Part shown: positions 23,482 through 30,232 of the stretch, piece after piece | How positions within the stretch are numbered: the stretch's first letter is position 1 | Layout: every line of letters starts with the position of its first letter | Assembly: GCF_042688385.1 (NCBI RefSeq) | Contig: NZ_JBHUPY010000007.1 | Span: 386,110-416,341 of the forward strand | Length of the DNA: 30,232 nt | Reading direction: 5' to 3' | From: Herpetosiphon sp. NSE202 | GTDB taxonomy: Bacteria > Chloroflexota > Chloroflexia > Chloroflexales > Herpetosiphonaceae | The notes under the pieces: model-generated | Database searches by the model: none | Told to the model about the DNA's origin: nothing | Seen by the model: only the letters and a program-made list of their open reading frames with translations | Position numbers and translations under genes: made by a program

Positions 23482-24709
23482 GATTTGGTTTGTTGCCCGC
23501 CGCGATTTGCTCTATCACATTCGCAAAAAAGATTTTTATTGGTCAACCTTGGGCGTGCCTTTGCTGATTGGCGCAATCTATTTGTTTGCCCAACTCTTTG
23601 GTGGCGACCCATCGGGCCAAACCACCGCCAGCCTGTTTATTCCCGATAATGATCGCGATCACAGCATTGGCATCGTTGATCAAGCGGACGTGATTAACCA
23701 GCACTTTGAAGTTATTTCGCCAACCATCGTACTGCAATTTGATGATCAAGTCACTGCTGAAAGTGCCTTGCGCCAAGCGCAAATCGAAAGTTTGTTTCTG
23801 ATTCCTGCCGATTATCAGCAATCGGGAATTGTGACTCGCACCACGCGCACGGCCAGCATTTTTGATCAGGCTGATACGAATGCCTTGCGCACCTTGTTGG
23901 CAGTTAATCAACTGCGCTCGCCACATATCGATTTTGTGCCACTTTTATTCGAGCCAATTAGCCTGAGCAAAGCAGAAGCGATTGGCAACAATGTACGGGT
24001 TGCGGGCAATCTGAATCAAAATTTTGCTGGCTCGATGGTGCCAATTGGTTTTGCCATGGCAATTTATATTTCAATTTTTATGGGCGCTAGTTTATTGATG
24101 CAAGGCATTTTGGAGGAGAAAGAGAATCGCACGCTCGAAGTGCTGCTCACTTCCATCTCGCCGCGCGAACTCTTGACTGGCAAGATGGTTGGCTTGGGCA
24201 TTGTGGCCTTTATTCAATTGGGCTTTTGGGCCATGCTTGCAGTTGGGGTTTTGCGTGGCCAAGCAATTCGCGCAGCTCTCAACCAAGTGCAAATTGAGCC
24301 ATTGACATGGCTGTTGCTCGGCATCTTTTTTCTACTCGGTTATTTGTTTTATGCCAGCTTAACCGCAGGGATTGGGGCAATTAGCCCATCGATGCGCGAA
24401 TTATCGCAATTAATTATTTTGGTTAGCGTTCCAGCGATGATTCCATTGATGTTTATCACCTCGCTGCTGAGCAAGCCCAACGGCACTTTAGCCTTGATCC
24501 TCAGCATTATTCCCTTCACCGCGCCCTCAACAATGATGCTGCGTTCGGTTATGACGGTTGTGCCGCCATGGCAAATTGGCTTAAGCATTGGGTTGCTTGC
24601 CCTATCAGTTGTGGCGACGCTCAGCCTAACTGCGCGTTTATTTCGGGCCACGATTTTGTTACGCGGCAGCAAATTTTCCTTGCGTGGCTTATGGCAGGCG
24701 TTACGCTAA
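23474..24709 (+). CDS. ABC-2 family transporter permease (NatB-like: one TM, a large extracytoplasmic loop, then a 5-TM bundle). No adjacent ATPase.
   Basis: GTG 23474 with a GGAGG SD 7 nt upstream, overlapping the upstream stop in GTGGATAA. Topology is WSTLGVPLLIGAIYLFAQLF, then an approximately 180-aa loop, then five TM helices, as in NatB/ABC2_membrane_3 proteins. Confidence 0.55.
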   Translation: MDKIWFVARRDLLYHIRKKDFYWSTLGVPLLIGAIYLFAQLFGGDPSGQTTASLFIPDNDRDHSIGIVDQADVINQHFEVISPTIVLQFDDQVTAESALRQAQIESLFLIPADYQQSGIVTRTTRTASIFDQADTNALRTLLAVNQLRSPHIDFVPLLFEPISLSKAEAIGNNVRVAGNLNQNFAGSMVPIGFAMAIYISIFMGASLLMQGILEEKENRTLEVLLTSISPRELLTGKMVGLGIVAFIQLGFWAMLAVGVLRGQAIRAALNQVQIEPLTWLLLGIFFLLGYLFYASLTAGIGAISPSMRELSQLIILVSVPAMIPLMFITSLLSKPNGTLALILSIIPFTAPSTMMLRSVMTVVPPWQIGLSIGLLALSVVATLSLTARLFRATILLRGSKFSLRGLWQALR

Positions 24710-24724
24710 ATGCGGAGGCATTGA

Positions 24725-25207
24725 ATGGAACCAATTGTGCATGTTGTGCTAGCCTTGTTGCGGCGGGAAAATCAGGTGTTATTGGTGCGTCAACAAGGCC
24801 AAAATGGGAGTTATTGGAGCATTCCTGGTGGCAAAGTCGAGGTTGGCGAGCATTGGCTCGAAGCCTTCGCCCGCGAGGTGCGCGAAGAAACAGGCTTGGT
24901 TGCCGCACCCAGCACTTTAGCTTATATGTCGCAAGTCTATTTGGTTGGCAAAGCCCAGACTGTGGTTTTTTGCGCCTTCGAAGGCACAACCGAGGGCGAA
25001 ATCGCGATCAACGATCCCGATAACGAGATCGAAGAATGTGCATGGTTTGATTTGCACGAGATTCCGACTATGGTGCAAGCGTTGCGCTGGCCAAGCACCC
25101 GCCTGCCCTTGCTCGATTATCTGGCGGGCAACGTCGAGGCAGGTCGAGTTTGGGCTTTTCGCTCGAATGAAGACAATAGCGAACAATATTTATTGCAGGC
25201 AATTTGA
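24725..25207 (+). CDS. NUDIX hydrolase
   Basis: The Nudix box GGKVEVGEHWLEAFAREVREETGL matches GX5EX7REVXEETG. GGAGG SD. Confidence 0.8.
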   Translation: MEPIVHVVLALLRRENQVLLVRQQGQNGSYWSIPGGKVEVGEHWLEAFAREVREETGLVAAPSTLAYMSQVYLVGKAQTVVFCAFEGTTEGEIAINDPDNEIEECAWFDLHEIPTMVQALRWPSTRLPLLDYLAGNVEAGRVWAFRSNEDNSEQYLLQAI

Positions 25208-25214
25208 TTGGAAA

Positions 25215-25246
25215 TCCCTCGCCCGCTCTAGGTGGCGGGCGAGGGA
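25215..25246. terminator. Bidirectional terminator built from a minimal copy of the GC-rich hairpin element
   Basis: TCCCTCGCCCGC-tctaggtg-GCGGGCGAGGGA. 12-bp perfect stem between convergent genes. Confidence 0.65.
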
Positions 25247-25253
25247 ACTTCAA

Positions 25254-26036
25254 CTAGCCACGCAAGAGCGATTGACCGCCGTCGATCCAGATTTCGGTGC
25301 CGGTGATATGGCTTGAGGCATCGGAAGCCAAAAAGCCAACCAACTGGGCAACTTGCTCGGACGTGCCAGGCTTGCCGTGGGTCAAGGGAATATCGCCCTC
25401 GGGAAATTCGGCGGGCACTTGCACCCGTTCAATTGCCCGTTTTTCGGTGCTTTCTTCGATGCTGGTTTCGATTGCGCCAGGGCAAATTACATTGACGCGA
25501 ATATTGAATTGCCCAAGCTCCAAGGCCAACATTTTGCTCATGGCAACTTGGCCCGCTTTGGTCGTCGAATAGGCAGTTGCGCCAGCATTGCTGAAGGTAC
25601 GTGTGCCATTGATCGACGAGGTAACAATAATCGAGCCGCCCTGTTTTTTGAGCGCTGGCACCGTTTTTTGAATCGTCAAGAAGGTGCCAGTTAAATTAAT
25701 ATCGATCGTCTTTTGCCATTCTTCGAGCTTTAATTCCTCAATTGGTGCCCACACGCCGTTAATTCCAGCGTTGGCAAACACACAATTTAGCTTGCCCCAT
25801 TGTTTGAGGGTTTGCTCAACGGCTTTTTGCATGTCATCAGGGTCGCTAATATCGGCAATGATGCCTAAGGCTTCGCCACCAGCTTTTTTAATCGCCTCAA
25901 CCGTTTCGTTTAGCTCATCTTCGGTGCGGCCAAGCGCGGCGACTTTAGCGCCATGCGCCGCTAAATGTAAGGCGGCTGCCTTGCCAATGCCCGAACCTGC
26001 ACCCGTCACCAACGCCACTGTATCGTTTAAATGCAT
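25254..26036 (-). CDS. SDR family oxidoreductase (FabG-like short-chain dehydrogenase)
   Basis: TGAGSGIGKAAA (the TGxxxGIG motif), NAG, and the catalytic S...Y...K region. 260 aa. AAGGAG SD on the minus strand. Confidence 0.85.
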   Translation of the reverse strand: MHLNDTVALVTGAGSGIGKAAALHLAAHGAKVAALGRTEDELNETVEAIKKAGGEALGIIADISDPDDMQKAVEQTLKQWGKLNCVFANAGINGVWAPIEELKLEEWQKTIDINLTGTFLTIQKTVPALKKQGGSIIVTSSINGTRTFSNAGATAYSTTKAGQVAMSKMLALELGQFNIRVNVICPGAIETSIEESTEKRAIERVQVPAEFPEGDIPLTHGKPGTSEQVAQLVGFLASDASSHITGTEIWIDGGQSLLRG

Positions 26037-26208
26037 GAGTCTGCTCCTTCGTTCAGATCACAATCTTCACAGCAGGCTATTGCAAGTTGCGTGCAAAGAA
26101 TCCGCCTTGCGACTGAGGAGCACTCCATCATGCGATGGGCTAGCTTTTGCAACAAGCGGCTTAAACTGAACCGTACTCACCCACCCAATCCAGCTAGAGG
26201 AGTCCACG

Positions 26209-27219
26209 GTGCCGATTATTGATGTTCGTAATTTAGGCAAAACCTATCGCACGATTGAAAAAGAAGGCGGGGTCAAAGGCGCAGTTAAGGCCCTCTTTCG
26301 GCCCCAATATCGCGAAAAAGTGGCTGTCCACGATTTAAATTTCCAAATTGATGCCGGCGAAATTGTCGGCTACATCGGGGTTAATGGCGCTGGCAAATCG
26401 ACCACAATTAAAATGTTAACTGGCATTCTCTACCCAACCACTGGCTCGATTTCGGTTTTGGGCCACGATCCACAGCGTGAACGGGTGGCCAATGCGCGCA
26501 ATATTGGCGTAGTCTTTGGCCAGCGTAGCCAGTTATGGTGGGATTTAGCGCTAATCGAATCGCTCAATTTGGTTGCCAATATTTACGAAGTTGAGCCAAG
26601 CCGCTACAAACAATTGCTTAGCCATTTTGCTGAGGTTTTAGAGCTTGATGAAATATTAAAAACGCCAATTCGCTCGATGTCGCTGGGCCAGAAGATGCGC
26701 GCGGAATTAGCCGCAACCTTCATCTACGAACCTCAAGTTGTCTATCTCGATGAGCCAACCATTGGCCTCGATGTGATGGTTAAGCAGCGGATTCGCGAAT
26801 TTATCAAAGATTACAACCAAACCCACAATACAACCCTGATGCTCACAACCCACGATTTAGGCGATATTGAGCAACTTTGTTCGCGGGTGATCATTATCGA
26901 TAATGGCAGCAAAGTCTACGACGGCCCATTGAACGCAATTAAACAGCAATTTGGCAAATTTCGCACAATTACCTTTGAAACCAATCACCCAATTACAAGC
27001 GTGAATTTGCCACCAGCCTGCGAGCAATTGAGCCTGAGCGAGCACATATTGGAATTGCGCTTTGATCGTAGCCAAATTAGCGCCAGCCAAGTTGCAAATG
27101 CTGTGATGCAGCAGCTCGATGTCGCCGATTTTACGCTCAATGAGCCAGATTTAGAGAGCATTATTAAGCATTTATATCAGAATCCGACTGCCTATAATGA
27201 GGTTGGCGCTCGTGGATAA
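26209..27219 (+). CDS. ABC transporter ATP-binding protein
   Basis: Walker A GVNGAGKST, signature MSLGQKMR, Walker B VYLDEPTIGLD. GTG start with a GAGGAG SD. Confidence 0.85.
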   Translation: MPIIDVRNLGKTYRTIEKEGGVKGAVKALFRPQYREKVAVHDLNFQIDAGEIVGYIGVNGAGKSTTIKMLTGILYPTTGSISVLGHDPQRERVANARNIGVVFGQRSQLWWDLALIESLNLVANIYEVEPSRYKQLLSHFAEVLELDEILKTPIRSMSLGQKMRAELAATFIYEPQVVYLDEPTIGLDVMVKQRIREFIKDYNQTHNTTLMLTTHDLGDIEQLCSRVIIIDNGSKVYDGPLNAIKQQFGKFRTITFETNHPITSVNLPPACEQLSLSEHILELRFDRSQISASQVANAVMQQLDVADFTLNEPDLESIIKHLYQNPTAYNEVGARG

Positions 27220-28024
27220 ACTCTATTATCGGCTGCGGACTTACCGTAGCGTGGTTGGGATGAATATTAAAGAAATCCTCGCCTATAATTTTTGGTTTTG
27301 GTCGCAAGTTGGTGCCCATGTTTTACTCACAATTGCCTATATTTCATTTTGGAAAGCATTGTATAGCGAACGTGATTCAATTGCTGGCTTAGATATGCAA
27401 CAAACCCTAACTTATATCATCTTGGCACGCATTGTTATGCCATTGGTGCAATGGGGCTATACCCAAGAATTTGGCTTTTGGATTCGCGAAGGTACAATTT
27501 CAAGCGAATTATTGCGGCCTGTCGATTTTCAAGAACGGATTTATATTGGTCATCTAACACGCACGTTTGTGTCATTAGCACAGCAATTAATTGTGGTTGG
27601 CAGCCTTGCACTATTTGTGTTTAAGATTAGTTTACCAACTGATCCCTTGGTTTGGCTTAGTTTTCTGATTTCGTTATTGCTTGGCTGTAGCATTTTATTT
27701 TGCTTCGATTGGATTTTTGGCTGTATTGCTTTTTATTCAACTGAGGTTTGGGGCTTGCAAGTTGTCCGTGGTTCAGTGTTACTGCTATTTAGTGGCGTGC
27801 TTTTACCACTAACTATGTTGCCAACCCAATTACAAACGATTGCTAAATGGCTACCATTTGCCCAAAGCGTTTCAATTCCTGTATCGATATTAAGTGGTAT
27901 GACTCCATTAAGTAATCTTGGCAGCATTTGGCTCCAACAATTGGCTTGGCTTAGTGTGATGTTTATCCTTTCACGCTTGATGTTTAATTTCAGCGTGCGC
28001 AAAATAACTGTACAAGGCGGCTAA
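27197..28024 (+). CDS. ABC-2 family transporter permease 1 (6 TM)
   Basis: Six hydrophobic helices. Overlaps the ATPase gene. Alternative start GTG 27212, again within GTGGATAA overlapping the upstream stop. Confidence 0.65.
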   Translation: MRLALVDKLYYRLRTYRSVVGMNIKEILAYNFWFWSQVGAHVLLTIAYISFWKALYSERDSIAGLDMQQTLTYIILARIVMPLVQWGYTQEFGFWIREGTISSELLRPVDFQERIYIGHLTRTFVSLAQQLIVVGSLALFVFKISLPTDPLVWLSFLISLLLGCSILFCFDWIFGCIAFYSTEVWGLQVVRGSVLLLFSGVLLPLTMLPTQLQTIAKWLPFAQSVSIPVSILSGMTPLSNLGSIWLQQLAWLSVMFILSRLMFNFSVRKITVQGG

Positions 28025-28026
28025 AT

Positions 28027-28815
28027 ATGCTCCGTTATACAAAACTCTATTGGTATTTTGTTATCCAGCGTTTCAAAATTTTGATGGAATATCGGCTTAA
28101 TTTTTTCATTGGCTCGATTTCAACCTTGCTCTTTCAAGGCGCAAGCCTTGTTGCATTGTGGGCGGTTTTACGTCAAGTTCCGAGCATCCAAGGCTGGACA
28201 TTCGAGCAAATTTTATTAATTTATGGTTTATTGACCTTATCCAAGGGGATTAATCATCTCTTTGCGGATAATCTTTGGGTGGTTGGTCGCGATTATATTC
28301 GGCCTGGCCAATTTGATCGCTTTTTAGTGCGGCCAATTAATCCCTTATTCCATTTATTAGCTGATCGAATTTGTCACGATGCAATTGGCGATTTTGTTGT
28401 TGGTTTGAGTTTAGTCAGCTATGCAATGGTGCAATTGCAATTGCCAATTAATCTAGCAAGCATTGGTTTTATCATATTAATGGTAATTAGCGGTGGCGTA
28501 ATTTTCATTGCGCTAAATCTAATTACTGCGGCAACCTCATTTTGGATTATGGATTCGATTGCTGTAACCAACGTGGTGTTTCATACCAATGAATTTGCTC
28601 AATATCCGCTGACGTTTTATCATCGCTCAATCGGCATGGTCTTGACGTGGCTCATTCCATATGGCTTTGCCTCGTATTATCCCGCTAGCTATTTACTTGG
28701 CCACGAGATTGGCTGGATGGCGTGGCTGGCTCCGCTGGTGGCGCTGGTTTGCATCACGATTGCCTATAAAGTTTGGCTGTTGGGGCTGCGGAATTATGGT
28801 AGCACTGGCTCGTGA
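28027..28815 (+). CDS. ABC-2 family transporter permease 2 (6 TM)
   Basis: Paralogous architecture to the preceding permease, starting 3 nt after its stop. Confidence 0.65.
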   Translation: MLRYTKLYWYFVIQRFKILMEYRLNFFIGSISTLLFQGASLVALWAVLRQVPSIQGWTFEQILLIYGLLTLSKGINHLFADNLWVVGRDYIRPGQFDRFLVRPINPLFHLLADRICHDAIGDFVVGLSLVSYAMVQLQLPINLASIGFIILMVISGGVIFIALNLITAATSFWIMDSIAVTNVVFHTNEFAQYPLTFYHRSIGMVLTWLIPYGFASYYPASYLLGHEIGWMAWLAPLVALVCITIAYKVWLLGLRNYGSTGS

Positions 28816-28864
28816 GCCAATTTCTACGCTAGAATAATGCCAATTTAATCACAAGGAGAGCAAG

Positions 28865-29509
28865 ATGAGCATGGATGGTAGGTATGACGTTGAGGCTGAA
28901 ATTATCTTCGAGCACGAAGACCCTGAGCGCGCTTTGCTCATGGCATTAGGCTTCACTCACGGCGAGTTACATTTTAGTCCCGATTCTCATCAAGGCTGGG
29001 ATATTCGCTTCAGTGAAGAGCACAATCGCACGCTATTGCCAAGTGGGGCAATTCTGGCCGATTTTGCATTTCTCAACCCCCATTATCAACTGGGAGAAAT
29101 GGCGGTTGGCAGAAAGTTTTGGATTCGCCGAGGATCACAACATCAAGGGACGGGCCATGTAACCCAAATTTTGAATTTAGAGCAATCTGCTCGCCAACGA
29201 GTGAATTATGATCTGCCGGTTGAAGTAACGTTTTTACAAGCGCCGATTAATAATCCGTCGCGATATTACTCGTTATTGTATGGCAAACACTTAAATACTT
29301 ATGATTTGCATCAGGGCGTAATCTCCGTCTTACGCAATACTCCATTCATTCAGATTAAAAAGCGACAGAAGAAACATCTATCGATAGAAGCAAGCCTTAA
29401 TTCAACTATGCTGCATCAACCACTAAACGCCATGTATCAGCGGCTAAGTCAGTATCATGAGTGGATTATTCATGAGATTTATGCGAATGATGGGCAAGCA
29501 ACTTCATAA
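28865..29509 (+). CDS. Hypothetical soluble protein (214 aa)
   Basis: Excellent SD (AAGGAGAG). No TM. I recognise no motifs. Local GC is lower than the window average. Confidence 0.5.
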   Translation: MSMDGRYDVEAEIIFEHEDPERALLMALGFTHGELHFSPDSHQGWDIRFSEEHNRTLLPSGAILADFAFLNPHYQLGEMAVGRKFWIRRGSQHQGTGHVTQILNLEQSARQRVNYDLPVEVTFLQAPINNPSRYYSLLYGKHLNTYDLHQGVISVLRNTPFIQIKKRQKKHLSIEASLNSTMLHQPLNAMYQRLSQYHEWIIHEIYANDGQATS

Positions 29510-29578
29510 CTAGACAATGCAATTCTTGCCACGGGCCAAGACATTCAGCCGCTTAAAACTAGTTACGGATCGATAGAC

Positions 29579-29863
29579 GTGAACTTAATCGTTGAGGTCA
29601 GACGCATTGTCAATGCCAAAGAAAGCCTGAAAGGATATTTGGGTTTTACCTACGGCACGCTCTTTGAGGGTGAGAATTATAAATTGAATGGCAAAGAACG
29701 CCTGTTGATGCTTGAAGAAGGCCAAACAGTTACAGTTGGCCAGCCAGTGCGCGGCCATCTCGATCTGTATGGCATTGCTGAGCACATCGCAGCCTTGCCA
29801 AAAGGCACAAAATTTGTGCTGCGCGCTGAGGAACAGACCATTGCCAAGGGTCGGGTGATTTAG
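29579..29863 (+). CDS. Hypothetical small protein (94 aa, GTG start)
   Basis: ORF only; no recognisable motifs. AT-rich relative to the window. Confidence 0.35.
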   Translation: MNLIVEVRRIVNAKESLKGYLGFTYGTLFEGENYKLNGKERLLMLEEGQTVTVGQPVRGHLDLYGIAEHIAALPKGTKFVLRAEEQTIAKGRVI

Positions 29864-29923
29864 GATTATTGGATATGAGGTTTTAAGAACATAGATGTAT
29901 TGGTACATGAGGTTAACCACGGC

Positions 29924-30064
29924 ATGATCCCCTCACCCCAACCCCTCTCCCGTGGCGCGGGCGAGGGGCTTTCATCCCGTGGTTCTTGCACAATACGTTG
30001 GTAAAAACCGGTGCTCCCCTCGCCCGCGTTCAGTGGGAGAGGGGCTGGGGGTGAGGGCATGATC
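29924..30064. repeat. MITE-like element. Two copies of the GC-rich hairpin module in inverted orientation (29928-29970 reverse, 30015-30057 forward), bounded by CATGATC at both ends.
   Basis: The left arm reads CATGATCCCCTCACCCCAACCCCTCTCCCGTGGCGCGGGCGAGGGGCTTTCATCCCGTGGTTC and the right arm is its imperfect reverse complement. The organisation matches 6967-7100. Confidence 0.75.
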
Positions 30065-30147
30065 CTGGTTGCCAATCCAACGCACCAGTACACATAGAGC
30101 ATAGAACATAATCCTAACAATCTGTGAAAATCTGTGGCGAAAAATCG

Positions 30148-30232
30148 TTCTTCGTGTTCTTCGTGTTCTTCGTGTTCTTCGTGTTCTTCGTGTTCTTCGT
30201 GTTCTTCGTGTTCTTCGTGTTCTTCGTGTTCT
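30148..30232. repeat. Perfect 9-bp tandem repeat (TTCTTCGTG, about 9.5 copies) running off the window edge
   Basis: Direct reading. It is the reverse complement of the CACGAAGAA units in the other repeat arrays. Confidence 0.9.

Noticed and set aside
26090-26110. Imperfect palindrome TTGCAAGTTGCGTGCAA in the SDR/ABC divergent intergenic region as a regulator operator
   Set aside because: It is a single imperfect copy with no second occurrence in the window and no adjacent regulator gene. It was noted but is too weak to call.

Overview
A 30.2-kb chromosomal window, about 50% GC, with a gene and repeat style reminiscent of filamentous Chloroflexi (Herpetosiphon-like). I cannot verify the organism without a search. 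The first 6 kb is a LysW-carrier-protein lysine or arginine biosynthesis cluster. It starts with the 3' end of an isocitrate/homoisocitrate-dehydrogenase-family gene. Then comes a 55-aa lysW that is too short for the ORF track, followed by lysX, lysY, a 295-bp repeat-element insertion, and lysZ, lysJ, lysK. The rest is a mix of housekeeping and accessory genes: a VOC/glyoxalase protein, mscL, a beta-propeller lipoprotein, a GNAT acetyltransferase, an Lnu/ANT-like nucleotidyltransferase and a sortase. Further along are an AEM-repeat membrane protein convergent with a YtxH-anchored LEA-like repeat protein, a HEAT-TM-SH3b protein, recN, a 1137-aa Wzy_C(O-antigen-ligase-like)+TPR membrane protein with a WecA-like glycosyltransferase, and a Zn-ribbon NUDIX-MazG fusion divergent from a small Zn-ribbon protein. 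A very 'expressed-looking' 60-aa membrane peptide follows. Then come two membrane proteins, an orphan NatB-like ABC-2 permease, a NUDIX hydrolase and an SDR reductase. Last is a lower-GC ABC module (an ATPase and two ABC-2 permeases) followed by two unknown proteins. The most distinctive sequence feature is a modular family of intergenic repeats with four parts: AACATAG heptamers, G-rich heptamers, CACGAAGAR nonamers, and a GC-rich hairpin element (CCCCTCGCCCGC...GCGGGCGAGGGG). The hairpin element also occurs as MITE-like inverted pairs and doubles as transcription terminators. All gene calls are from reading ORFs and motifs by eye; no searches were run. Coordinates derived from my own counting may be off by 1 nt in places. 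I found a 1-nt disagreement with the ORF track between about 12300 and 12710.
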